NCBI GenBank assembly: GCA_947488275.1
Contig: CANKZX010000004.1
Span: forward strand, 1 to 57,166
Direction of reading: 5' to 3'
DNA: 57,166 nt
DNA from: Alphaproteobacteria bacterium
Lineage (GTDB): Bacteria > Pseudomonadota > Alphaproteobacteria > Paracaedibacterales > CAIOTO01
This document shows, in pieces, positions 19,929-29,107 of this stretch (within the stretch, counting starts at the first letter, position 1; each line of letters starts with the position of its first letter). The position numbers and the translations under genes are program-made. The notes under the pieces were generated by a model. The model was not told the DNA's origin and searched no databases. It worked only from the letters and a program-made list of their open reading frames with translations.

Positions 19929-21332
19929 ATGTCTGAAAGTATGTCTTCGTTTTTGTATTTAATTGCCTCCATTTGCTTTATTATGGGGCTTAAAAAATTA
20001 TCATCCGCCACCACGTCACGAACGGGCAATCTCTATGCGATGTGCGGCATGGCGATTGCTGTGCTGACAACACTCCTTTCATCACGCGTTTCGCACTATC
20101 AATATATTCTGCTTGCAATTATCATTGGCGGCAGTATTGGAACCTATATTGCGAAAAAAATTGAAATGACAGCGCTACCGCAACTGGTTGCTGCCTTTCA
20201 CAGCCTCGTTGGATTAGCCGCTGTTCTTGTTGCTGCAGCGGCGTTTTATTCCCCGCAAGCCTTTGATATTGGCACCGTACAGCACATTCATACAGCCAGT
20301 CTATTTGAAATGTCACTAGGCATTATTGTTGGTGCAATTACCTTTACAGGATCAATTGTAGCCTTTAGCAAACTGCAGGGATTGGTTTCGGGAAAGCCAC
20401 TTCAATTTGCGAATCAACATAAAGTAAATGCCATGCTTGGTGTGTTACTTGCTGTGTTCACCCTTATTTTTATGATCAGTCAATCAACATTCGTTTTCTG
20501 GCTTATTATTATGACAGCTTTTATTCTTGGTTTTTTACTTATCCTTCCCATTGGTGGCGCGGATATGCCTGTGGTTGTCTCGATGCTAAACTCCTATTCA
20601 GGATGGGCTGCAGCTGGCATTGGTTTTACCCTAAACAATCATGTTCTTATTATCGTCGGGGCGCTTGTTGGTGCATCAGGTGCCATCCTAAGTTACATTA
20701 TGTGCAAGGGCATGAATCGTTCAATCTTTAATGTCATTCTAGGCGGTTTTGGGTGTGATGCAAACATGACAACAGATACACATACAAAGCATTCTGACAA
20801 ACCAATTAAGGCAAGTAGTGCTGAAGACGCCGCCTATTTAATGAGCAATGCCCAAACAGTGATTATCGTTCCTGGATATGGCATGGCCGTTGCACAAGCG
20901 CAGCACGCCCTACGTGAGATGGTTGATCTCCTCAAAAATACAGGCATAAAAGTACGTTATGCGATTCACCCCGTTGCAGGGCGCATGCCAGGTCACATGA
21001 ATGTTTTGTTAGCAGAGGCTAATGTCCCGTACGATGAAGTCTTAGAATTGGAAGAAATCAACAGTGATTTTGCCGCAACCGATGTTGTTTTTGTCATTGG
21101 TGCCAATGATATTACCAATCCAGCAGCAAAAACAGATAAATCATCCCCAATCTATGGCATGCCAATCTTAGATGTTGAAAATGCACGTACGGTATTTTTT
21201 GTAAAACGCACATTAGCCTCAGGTTATGCAGGGGTTGATAACGAACTTTTTTATCGTGATAACACAATGATGGTTTTAGGCGATGCTAAAAAAGTATGCG
21301 AAGAAATTATCAAATCATTGAAAGATCTTTAA
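19929..21332 (+). CDS. pntB: NAD(P) transhydrogenase subunit beta
   Basis: AFHSLVG, GGADMPVV, HPVAGRMPG, GANDITNP. Confidence 0.98.
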   Translation: MSESMSSFLYLIASICFIMGLKKLSSATTSRTGNLYAMCGMAIAVLTTLLSSRVSHYQYILLAIIIGGSIGTYIAKKIEMTALPQLVAAFHSLVGLAAVLVAAAAFYSPQAFDIGTVQHIHTASLFEMSLGIIVGAITFTGSIVAFSKLQGLVSGKPLQFANQHKVNAMLGVLLAVFTLIFMISQSTFVFWLIIMTAFILGFLLILPIGGADMPVVVSMLNSYSGWAAAGIGFTLNNHVLIIVGALVGASGAILSYIMCKGMNRSIFNVILGGFGCDANMTTDTHTKHSDKPIKASSAEDAAYLMSNAQTVIIVPGYGMAVAQAQHALREMVDLLKNTGIKVRYAIHPVAGRMPGHMNVLLAEANVPYDEVLELEEINSDFAATDVVFVIGANDITNPAAKTDKSSPIYGMPILDVENARTVFFVKRTLASGYAGVDNELFYRDNTMMVLGDAKKVCEEIIKSLKDL

Positions 21333-21337
21333 GGGGC

Positions 21338-21371
21338 AATGGGCTCTTAAATTCTTAATTAAGAGCCCATT
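21338..21371. terminator. 13-bp stem hairpin between converging pntB and DUF2442 genes
   Basis: AATGGGCTCTTAA...TTAAGAGCCCATT perfect inverted repeat. Confidence 0.65.
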
Positions 21372-21769
21372 CACCTTTATCTTTTATTTTTTTATACATT
21401 GCATCTGGCGCTAAATCCAGATCTCCAGGCCAAGTTACAGCTCTATTATCTATACCCCTTGCCTATCATTTTACGAAGATTTAATCACAGAATTTTAAGT
21501 CAGAAACAAGAAAAAATGACGCGAATAGCAAGCTATTTAAGGAATTTTTTCGCCGTTGATGATTTATAAATTTAAAGGGTAAAATTCGTAAAATGATTGG
21601 TAAGGGGGTATAGATATACCTGATTAAAATATTCTTTATCTTTAAGCGGTTCGAATACACCTGTTAAATACGACGATTTTATTTTAATGACACCTTCTAA
21701 TCCATCCAAAAATTTCACAACCAATTCTAAATAAGCAGCAGTTTTAACATAAATTACATCCCAATACAT
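21355..21769 (-). pseudogene. DUF2442-family gene interrupted by a MITE
   Basis: Removing 160 bp restores an 84-aa ORF: MYWDV...GVFEPLKDKEYFNQVYL/DNRAVTWPGDLDLAPDAMYKKIKDKGEWALN. Confidence 0.88.
21453..21610. mobile_element. 158-bp MITE with terminal inverted repeats and TA duplication
   Basis: Ends TACCCCTTGCCTATCATTTTACGAA / TTCGTAAAATGATTGGTAAGGGGGTA; TA at 21451-21452 and 21611-21612. Confidence 0.88.
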
Positions 21770-21874
21770 GGCGCCCCTCTCTAATTTAATGGCTCAATTT
21801 TCTCAGTCCAATATATAATGTATCTTAAAACTGATTGCTAGTTGGTTTTGTCACATCTATTAAATTCATCGCTA

Positions 21875-21889
21875 TTAATTATATCTTAA
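21875..21889. promoter_or_regulatory. CtrA-type box TTAA-N7-TTAA
   Basis: TTAA TTATATC TTAA about 50 nt upstream of ATG 21941. Confidence 0.45.
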
Positions 21890-21940
21890 TTTTTCTGTGT
21901 TTTAATAATCATATAAATCGATTAAGAAGGATTTTTAGCG

Positions 21941-22114
21941 ATGATAAAAATAAGCAAATTACTTGCAGCAGCAACACTCTTGATTTCCTTTGGTGTGCAT
22001 GCAGAAAATCCAGCACCACAACCCACACCCGAAGAATTAGCAGCCCTAGCAGCAGCACAACAAGCGGCAGCAGCACAAGCTGAAGCAATTCGAAACCAAC
22101 AAAACAGGTCATAA
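21941..22114 (+). CDS. small secreted Ala/Gln-rich protein (57 aa), absent from the ORF track
   Basis: AAGAAGGA RBS; MIKISKLLAAATLLISFGVHA signal peptide; downstream hairpin GGTGGAAA/TTTCCACC. Confidence 0.75.
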   Translation: MIKISKLLAAATLLISFGVHAENPAPQPTPEELAALAAAQQAAAAQAEAIRNQQNRS

Positions 22115-22272
22115 CAAATCGTTTTTTAACCATAAAAAGGTGGAAATTTTACACGCTGATTTTTCCACCCACTTTTTAAATTCGCATTTCATCGTTTCTG
22201 GGTTCTTTATTTTTAATTTTATATATGTTTTAATCAATATTTATATATAAAATCACATACAAAAGGCATCTT

Positions 22273-22920
22273 ATGGCTTTTAAATCAAAAATAATCTTGT
22301 TAAGAATCCAATTAAAAGCATTCTCCCTTATTGAATTATCGATTGTTCTTGTCATCATGGGTGTCCTAATGGGCGCCGTTTTTAAAGGACAGGATCTCCT
22401 CGATGTTGCTAAAATTCGATCAGTCGTCAATGATTTTCAACATATAAAAATAGCTATCAGTACATACCGCGATACCTATGGCTCATATCCTGGGGATGAT
22501 CCTCATGCACACGAACGTTTCGGCAGCACAATACGCAGTGGCGATGGTAATAATATTATTAACACAACCGATGAACAAGCCCATGTATGGATTCACCTTA
22601 ATAAAGCAGGAGATATCGAATCACCCGAACCACCCGAATCAAAATTTGGCGGAAATTACACAATTGTTTACCAACCAACAGAATCAATGCCTGGTCACTG
22701 GATACGGCTTTCAAAAAACAATGGCGAAGGACTATTAACCCCCAAACAAGCACAAAAATTAATGACCAAAGTTGATGAAGGAACAGCCGCACGTAACCCA
22801 AATGATGGACTCCTCCGCATTACAAATGGATCAAATACAGTATCAGAATCGTGTCTTCAAGGTGTAAATCTTAATATGAATACAAGAAATCAAGTATGTA
22901 TTGTATACATGAAAATGTAG
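22273..22920 (+). CDS. prepilin-type N-terminal cleavage/methylation domain protein
   Basis: KA/FSLIELSIVLVIMGVLMGAV class III signal with Glu+5; YPGD motif; C-terminal Cys pair. Confidence 0.9.
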   Translation: MAFKSKIILLRIQLKAFSLIELSIVLVIMGVLMGAVFKGQDLLDVAKIRSVVNDFQHIKIAISTYRDTYGSYPGDDPHAHERFGSTIRSGDGNNIINTTDEQAHVWIHLNKAGDIESPEPPESKFGGNYTIVYQPTESMPGHWIRLSKNNGEGLLTPKQAQKLMTKVDEGTAARNPNDGLLRITNGSNTVSESCLQGVNLNMNTRNQVCIVYMKM

Positions 22921-22940
22921 ATAGAAATTATTTTCATATT

Positions 22941-22955
22941 TTAACCATTTATTAA
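22941..22955. promoter_or_regulatory. CtrA-type box with downstream TATAAT
   Basis: TTAA CCATTTA TTAA; TATAAT at 22968-22973. Confidence 0.55.
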
Positions 22956-23008
22956 TCACTTTATTTCTATAATGATGTTAGTAAAACGTAAAACACAGGT
23001 GTCATTCT

Positions 23009-23425
23009 ATGAAAATAAATTTTAAATTGTGCGCTTTAGCTGCTGTTCTAAATATTTCATCACTTCTTTCAGGTGATGCATTTGCAATGGGCGGTATGCC
23101 TGGTATGGGAATGCCTGGGATGGGCGGTATGCATGGAATGCCTCCTATGGGCGGTATGCCTGGTATGGGTGGCATGCCAGGAATGCCTGGTATGGGCGGT
23201 ATGCCTCCAATGCCTGGAACACAGCTTATGTGCCAAGTAGGTCAACCAATGATGGGTATGCCTGGAATCCAATTAACGTGTCAACCTGCAGGCGGTATGG
23301 GCGGCGGTATGCCTGGCATGGGAATGCCTGGGATGGGTGGCATGCCTGGGATGCCTCCTATGGGCGGTATGCCTGGCATGGGCGGCGGTATGGGTGGCAT
23401 GCCTCCAATGGGCATGATGCGCTAA
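23009..23425 (+). CDS. secreted Met/Gly/Pro-rich low-complexity protein
   Basis: Signal peptide ending AFA; GGMPGM repeats either side of two QLxCQ motifs. Confidence 0.85.
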   Translation: MKINFKLCALAAVLNISSLLSGDAFAMGGMPGMGMPGMGGMHGMPPMGGMPGMGGMPGMPGMGGMPPMPGTQLMCQVGQPMMGMPGIQLTCQPAGGMGGGMPGMGMPGMGGMPGMPPMGGMPGMGGGMGGMPPMGMMR

Positions 23426-23456
23426 TTACGCAATACACGTTGTGTAAATCAATCAA

Positions 23457-23489
23457 AAATAGGCTGATCTTTTCAAAGTCAGCCTATTT
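23457..23489 (+). terminator. intrinsic terminator
   Basis: AAATAGGCTGA...TCAGCCTATTT stem followed by T-rich sequence. Confidence 0.75.
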
Positions 23490-23568
23490 GTTATTTATAC
23501 CCATCATAAAGCAACCTATTTATTCACAATGGGTATAATTCAAATATACAAAATAAAAAATTATAATT

Positions 23569-23584
23569 TTAACTCATTTTTAAC
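23569..23584 (+). promoter_or_regulatory. CtrA-type box TTAA-N7-TTAAC
   Basis: TTAA CTCATTT TTAAC, 50 nt upstream of ATG 23635. Confidence 0.55.
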
Positions 23585-23634
23585 ATTTCTACGTTTAAAT
23601 TAAGATGTACACCATAGAAAATATGTGAAATGCA

Positions 23635-25206
23635 ATGATATTAAAATTTGTGACTTATATCCTTTTCCCCATTACACTGCACGTATTGCTAACGCATGCT
23701 GTGCAATCGAGCACATCGACCTCATCGTCATCGACAGCATCAGCGCCAACAACGCCAACGACATCACCTACCACACCATCACCCGATAAAAAGGCAGATG
23801 AAATCAAAACAGCGGAGAAGGCACAAATAGCCTCTCAAACACTCGATTCATTTTTACAAAATGGTCAAACAAGCACGTCTTCAACTGCTGCATCATCTAA
23901 CACACCTTCAGCTACATCATCCAATACGCCTTCAGCTGCACCAACGGGAACACTAAGTAGTTCTTCAAGTATGAATACATCAACACCACCTCCTTCAAAC
24001 GCAAGCGGTTCATCAAATACTGGATCAAATGGAGCATCTGGATCAACAAATTACGCCTCAAGTAGCAGCAATTACGTACCAGGTGCAAGCAACAGCTCTT
24101 CTGGGTCAACAAATTACGCCTCAGGTAGCAACAATTACGTACCAGGAGCCACATCTTTCAACCCAAGCAATAACAGTGGCAACGCATCTCCATACACAGG
24201 TAGTGGAAGCTATATGCCTGGCGTATCTACTTATGGACCTGGTTTTGCCAGTGCAGGCATGAACGGCAGCAATGGACTTGCCTCTGGCGCAAGTAATTAT
24301 CAAGTCGGCAATAATCCATATGGCAATTATGCTGCTGGTTCAAGTGCACAATATAGCCCAAGCTACCAACCAACCATTGCACCATCAAATTATACGGGAA
24401 GTATATCATCCAACACAACGGGACAAAATACTAATCAAACAGAATATCAATCCGCACAAACCCTCACAAATACAGTTGCTGAAGAAATCACATCCTATCG
24501 CGCTGCGACAGAACGCCTCGCAAAGGATACAGAAAAAGCCGCAAAACTAGCGAGAGAATCCGCAGCAAAAGCCGTTGCCGAAGCAACAGACGTCATTGTT
24601 GCTACACTTGCCAATCAACCAACCGTTTCTGAAATGGGAAGAAAAGCTCTAATAACTCTATCAAAAGCCGCACAAACAGCTGATCTTGAAAGCAAAGATG
24701 TTGAAGCCGATCCGCTCGCTACCCCTGCGCAAAAATTAGCCGCACAAAAATTAGCTACCCAATTAGCGGCAAACTATCAGGCACTCTATCAAGCGCAAAG
24801 CCTACAAGAAAATACCTTTAACGCCATTCAAACAGCCTCACAACTCGCTGAACGTGCACGTGATTTTGTAAAACCAATGATTCTTGCCGCCGATGCAGCA
24901 ATCAAAGCAAATGATATGGCGCAAGCCGCACTAGCAGCCGCTAAAAATGCAGATGGTAATGCAGCTCTCCCCATGTTCGACCTTAAAACCCCCGAATCTA
25001 TGCTCAATGCAGTGAACGATTGCCGTAAACGCACAAAAGAAGAATGCCAACATCGTGATACACATTGTATTTGGTTTAATGAAATTGTAGGATGCACCTT
25101 CAAATGCAACAGCGTTGCTAATCAATCTGTTTGCAGCACAATTGGCAAAGGAAAACTATGTATCTGGGGCGACAATCAAGGAAAACCATTCTGTTTCCAT
25201 AAGTAA
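23635..25206 (+). CDS. secreted Ser/Thr/Asn/Gly-rich protein with Ala-rich helical region and 8-Cys C-terminal domain
   Basis: Hydrophobic N-terminus; 63-bp-period duplication at 24037 and 24100; two CIW-containing 4-Cys units. Confidence 0.85.
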   Translation: MILKFVTYILFPITLHVLLTHAVQSSTSTSSSSTASAPTTPTTSPTTPSPDKKADEIKTAEKAQIASQTLDSFLQNGQTSTSSTAASSNTPSATSSNTPSAAPTGTLSSSSSMNTSTPPPSNASGSSNTGSNGASGSTNYASSSSNYVPGASNSSSGSTNYASGSNNYVPGATSFNPSNNSGNASPYTGSGSYMPGVSTYGPGFASAGMNGSNGLASGASNYQVGNNPYGNYAAGSSAQYSPSYQPTIAPSNYTGSISSNTTGQNTNQTEYQSAQTLTNTVAEEITSYRAATERLAKDTEKAAKLARESAAKAVAEATDVIVATLANQPTVSEMGRKALITLSKAAQTADLESKDVEADPLATPAQKLAAQKLATQLAANYQALYQAQSLQENTFNAIQTASQLAERARDFVKPMILAADAAIKANDMAQAALAAAKNADGNAALPMFDLKTPESMLNAVNDCRKRTKEECQHRDTHCIWFNEIVGCTFKCNSVANQSVCSTIGKGKLCIWGDNQGKPFCFHK

Positions 25207-25245
25207 AATTAGTCGTTTCAGCAGACACAATGAAGTCAGCACACC

Positions 25246-25290
25246 TAATAAAAAAAGACGTCATTTTCAAAGGACGTCTTTTTTTTATTA
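25246..25290. terminator. bidirectional intrinsic terminator
   Basis: TAATAAAAAAAGACGTC...GACGTCTTTTTTTTATTA between converging genes. Confidence 0.85.
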
Positions 25291-25327
25291 ACTGTAATTC
25301 GAAATTAAATCGATATTAATACCGCCC

Positions 25328-25453
25328 TTATCCTTGACGTGCTTTAAAACGTGGGTTTAATTTGTTAATTACATACAAACGACCACGTCTGCGCACAACT
25401 TTACAAGCCTTGTGGCGACTTTTTAACGTTTTAAGTGAATTTGCTATTTTCAT
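25328..25453 (-). CDS. rpmJ: 50S ribosomal protein L36 (type B), absent from the ORF track
   Basis: Translates to [41 protein letters not shown]. Confidence 0.97.
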   Translation of the reverse strand: MKIANSLKTLKSRHKACKVVRRRGRLYVINKLNPRFKARQG

Positions 25454-25812
25454 GATATGAAAAACTCCTAATAACTGCATAAAGTGTATAAGAAACACAC
25501 CAATATGTCAATTGTAAATTATACAAATTGTCAGCAACAAAAATATTGATTTTCATCAATACACGTGTGTATATATAAGAAACTGTCCTTCAAACATTTA
25601 CACTATCTATTCTATGATTATTTTCAGAAAATAATCATAGCCCCCTTCGGGAACCAATCTATTTCGCTATTACCATCGTCTTTTTTATCGCGATTAGTGC
25701 TACTAGTCGACTCAAAAAAAAGACTTGATATTATCAGAATAGATTTTTGTTTATATGAATGTATATGTTTAAAGGACAGTCTCTAAAGCTTATAAACAGA
25801 AATGAATAGTCA

Positions 25813-25945
25813 ATGATGATTTTCCAAGACGTCAGAAAATCCAAAGTACAAAAGCCCCAGCTACGAAAGCCCTTGGGGGCATCGTTTTAACATACGGCAC
25901 AACAGGTGCCCTCTCGTCTCTTTGCACTTTGTAATTCTTTTCGTT
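25813..25945 (+). promoter_or_regulatory. putative leader: 25-aa uORF (25813-25890), hairpins and pyrimidine tract
   Basis: MMIFQDVRKSKVQKPQLRKPLGASF*; GGCAC/GTGCC hairpin just after the stop; CAAAGTACAAA can pair with TTTGCACTTTG. Confidence 0.45.
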
Positions 25946-25958
25946 TTTGGAGCCTATT

Positions 25959-27275
25959 ATGGCAGCATCTTCTTCACAAAAAATTGGTCTATGGACTCTC
26001 ATTATGCTGGTTACTGGGAACTTGGTTGGTTCTGGTGTCTTTATGCTACCAGCAACACTTGCCGCTTTTGGCTCGCTTTGCATTGGTGGCTGGATTGCAA
26101 CGTCCATCGGTGCAATTCTTCTCTCCCTCGTCTTCGCTGGTCTTAGTTGCCGTAGCCCTAAAACAGGCGGACCACACACTTATGTATACGAAGCCTTTGG
26201 CGCAACTGCCGCGTTTTATACCAGCTGGGGATATTGGGTACTTTCATGGGTCAGCAATGCAGCCCTTGTAGTTGGCGCGATTGGCTACGCCTCCTCTATT
26301 GTTGGCGGTTTTTCACCGTTAACAACTTTTTTTCTTGAGGTTTTCTTAATTTTAAGCATTTCTATCATCAATTTATATGGTCTTCAAATCGCAGGTAGAT
26401 TTGAATTTATTATTACCATTTTTAAACTTATTCCCCTCGTTGTCGTACCCGTTATTGGTCTATTCACCATTGATTCTCATAACTTCATTCCTTTTAATGC
26501 AACATCAGGTTCAGCATTTTCTGCACTCAATACAACAGCATTATTAGCCTTATGGGCATTTATTGGTCTTGAAACAGGAACCGTACCTGGCACAGATGTT
26601 GATAATCCGAAAAAAAACATCCCACGTGCGATTCTGATCGGCACATTAATCGCTGCCTTTATCTATATTATTGGGACAGCTGTTATTATGGGCGTCGTTC
26701 CGCGGGATCAATTACTCGCATCAAAGGCACCGTATGCAGATCTAGCAACCATTTTATTTGGCGGAAATTGGGGAATTCCCGTCGCCATTATGGGCGCCGT
26801 ATGTTGCATTGGTGCCCTCAATGGGTGGACAATGGTTGTTTCACGCATTGCACTGGGTGCCGCAAACGATGGTTTATTTCCCGCTATTTTTAAAAAAGAA
26901 ACGACGTCAGGCGTCCCCCTTTGGGGCACCATCATTTCGTCAGGATGTTCGATCCCTTTCGTTGCCCTTTCAATGACACCAAATCTACTCGATCAATTTA
27001 ATTTTATTATCGATTTTTCACTAACGCTCGCCTTGGTCATATACCTAACATGCATCGCTGCCTATTTTATGATTTTAAAAAAATCGGGTGGACTTAATAA
27101 AAAAGAAACCTGCATTGGCGTTGCTGCACTTACGTTTTCTTTATGGACATTGATTGCGTCAAGTGCTGTGATGTTAATGTGGTCAACCCTTATTCTAATT
27201 GCAGGCGTGCCTGTTTGGTTGTGGCAAAAACGACAACCAAACAACAAGCACACACAAAGTGAATTCTGCGCATAA
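25959..27275 (+). CDS. APC-family amino acid/polyamine permease (PotE/CadB/ArcD-like)
   Basis: GNLVGSGVFMLP, GGPHTY, WAFIGLE, NPKKNIPRA; GGAG before ATG 25959. Confidence 0.92.
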   Translation: MAASSSQKIGLWTLIMLVTGNLVGSGVFMLPATLAAFGSLCIGGWIATSIGAILLSLVFAGLSCRSPKTGGPHTYVYEAFGATAAFYTSWGYWVLSWVSNAALVVGAIGYASSIVGGFSPLTTFFLEVFLILSISIINLYGLQIAGRFEFIITIFKLIPLVVVPVIGLFTIDSHNFIPFNATSGSAFSALNTTALLALWAFIGLETGTVPGTDVDNPKKNIPRAILIGTLIAAFIYIIGTAVIMGVVPRDQLLASKAPYADLATILFGGNWGIPVAIMGAVCCIGALNGWTMVVSRIALGAANDGLFPAIFKKETTSGVPLWGTIISSGCSIPFVALSMTPNLLDQFNFIIDFSLTLALVIYLTCIAAYFMILKKSGGLNKKETCIGVAALTFSLWTLIASSAVMLMWSTLILIAGVPVWLWQKRQPNNKHTQSEFCA

Positions 27276-27290
27276 GGTTATTAGAAAAAG

Positions 27291-28205
27291 TTATTGAAAA
27301 AGCTCCTTCAGAAAGCGTTGCTTTTCCATCCAGTTTTCTTCAACCTTCACAAAAATAAAAAGGTGCACTTTTTGCTCAAGATAATACTCCATCTCAGAGC
27401 GCGCCTTCATATTAATATCCTTAATACGCTGCCCCTTTTTACCAACAACAATCGCCTTTTGACTATCACGTGCCACAACAATAGCCTGCGAAATCTTTAC
27501 GGATCCATTATCGAAAACTTCATACTTTTCAGTCTCAACAAAAGTTTCGTAAGGCAATTCATTTTGCAACTGCAAATATAATTGTTCGCGCGTTATTTCA
27601 GCTGCCCACATTTTTTTCGGTGCATCTGAAATTTGATCTTCATCAAACAACCATGGACCAAAAGGAAGACGTGCGATAATCTTATCAACAAGATCATCAA
27701 CACCACTGCCCTTTTGCGCGGAGACCATAAAGAATTCTTTGGCTTTATTAAGCTGATTAAAAGGCTCCGCCACTTTAAATAAGCGTTCTTTATCAATCAA
27801 ATCAACTTTATTAAATACAATATATAGTGGCGTTGAATGGGGCAAACGTTCAATCAGCTTCAAATCATCTGTTTGATTTTTCCCCGTTACATCAACCATA
27901 TATACAATAATATCGGCATCTTTCGGCGCTTCCCAGGCTTCACGCACCAATTCTTGTTCTAATGAACGCTTAGGCTGAAAAAGACCTGGCGTATCAACCA
28001 GAATCATTTGCGTATTATCTTTAACCTGAATACCAAGCACACGACGACGTGTCGTTTGCACCTTTGGTGAAACAATAGATACTTTATGTCCCGTTATTTT
28101 GTTAACAAGTGTTGATTTCCCTGCATTTGGCTGCCCCAACACAGCAACATAGCCACAGCGTTTCTGACCATCAGGCAAAGCCACATCCCTCACATGATCA
28201 CTCAT
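27291..28205 (-). CDS. era: GTPase Era
   Basis: GQPNAGKST, QTTRR, DTPG, NKVD, ELPY, KH-domain VVGKKG. Confidence 0.97.
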   Translation of the reverse strand: MSDHVRDVALPDGQKRCGYVAVLGQPNAGKSTLVNKITGHKVSIVSPKVQTTRRRVLGIQVKDNTQMILVDTPGLFQPKRSLEQELVREAWEAPKDADIIVYMVDVTGKNQTDDLKLIERLPHSTPLYIVFNKVDLIDKERLFKVAEPFNQLNKAKEFFMVSAQKGSGVDDLVDKIIARLPFGPWLFDEDQISDAPKKMWAAEITREQLYLQLQNELPYETFVETEKYEVFDNGSVKISQAIVVARDSQKAIVVGKKGQRIKDINMKARSEMEYYLEQKVHLFIFVKVEENWMEKQRFLKELFQ

Positions 28206-28774
28206 GGCACAGTAGTTTCTGCAACAGGAGATGGCGTTGCCGCAGGCGTCCCCTTTGATTCAGCATTATTAATATGCCGACGATGGGGCGAACGCATCAC
28301 ACGGCGTCTTGGCGTACGCACCTCAGATGGCACAACAGGCACATCACCATCGCTTTGTACAGCATCACTAACGGGTTCCTCATTATTCGTTTCAACAGAA
28401 ACAACCTGAGTCGCTGCGACTTGATTTGCACTAGCTTGCGCATTTCGTTCAGCTGCTTGCTGCTGTTGCGCGGCAAACCGTTGCTGCTGGCTTTGCTGCA
28501 CATCATTATCATAACGAATGCGATCATTAAGTTGACGCAAATAATGTTCAGCATATTGGAAGTAACCTTCCGCCTCAACACGATCACCAAGACTCAATGA
28601 TTCACGGGCTAATGTCGCATATTTTTCATGCATTTGCTGGTAATAACTACGATTTTTAAGACGAACCTCATTACGATCATCATATTTTGAATGTTGGTTC
28701 GGATTCGAATGCCCATTTTGATGCGGACGATTCATTTTCATGCCACTTGGACGTGGACGACTACGTTTAATCAT
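28202..28774 (-). CDS. DUF4167 domain protein
   Basis: EKYATLARE...GDRVEAEGYFQYAEHYLR signature. Confidence 0.9.
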   Translation of the reverse strand: MIKRSRPRPSGMKMNRPHQNGHSNPNQHSKYDDRNEVRLKNRSYYQQMHEKYATLARESLSLGDRVEAEGYFQYAEHYLRQLNDRIRYDNDVQQSQQQRFAAQQQQAAERNAQASANQVAATQVVSVETNNEEPVSDAVQSDGDVPVVPSEVRTPRRRVMRSPHRRHINNAESKGTPAATPSPVAETTVP

Positions 28775-28953
28775 ATATCTATAATATTTCGCTTATTGTT
28801 GATCTGTTTACTAAAATTGAATACGTGTATATTTAAAAATCCATAACAAACACTGTGATGGATACCGTTAAAACTCGTTCTTCGATGATTCTAATGAATC
28901 AAAAAAACGTAACCTCATTAACACCTAAAAAAGGAGAAATGACTAAGGAACGA

Positions 28954-29107
28954 TGCAAAAATAAATTACACGATTTAAACCCACCGTCATCACGAAAAAG
29001 CCGAAGGCTTTTGTGGTGAATCCAGGGTTGTTTTCCTGGATGACCACGACCTTCGGGCTCGCCATGACAAGGAAAACAGAAAGATAATCGTGCTGCTTAT
29101 TTTTGCA
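28954..29107. repeat. composite palindromic element: CGTC-type REP pair (28985-29068) inside an outer imperfect inverted repeat
   Basis: GTCATCACGA...ATCCAG / CTGGATGACCAC...TCGCCATGAC; outer TGCAAAAATAA..CACGATT / AATCGTG..TTATTTTTGCA. Confidence 0.8.

Noticed and set aside
21835-22133. Track ORFs 21835-22083 (+) and 21909-22133 (-)
   Set aside because: Alternative frames of the better-supported 21941-22114 ORF, which has an RBS and signal peptide
22230-22244. CtrA-like box upstream of the pilin gene
   Set aside because: Only TTAA-N7-TTAT (one mismatch) in extremely AT-rich DNA; not counted
23009-23425. GGM repeats as a GroEL or DnaK C-terminal fragment
   Set aside because: The ORF has its own signal peptide, upstream signals and terminator, and no chaperone sequence
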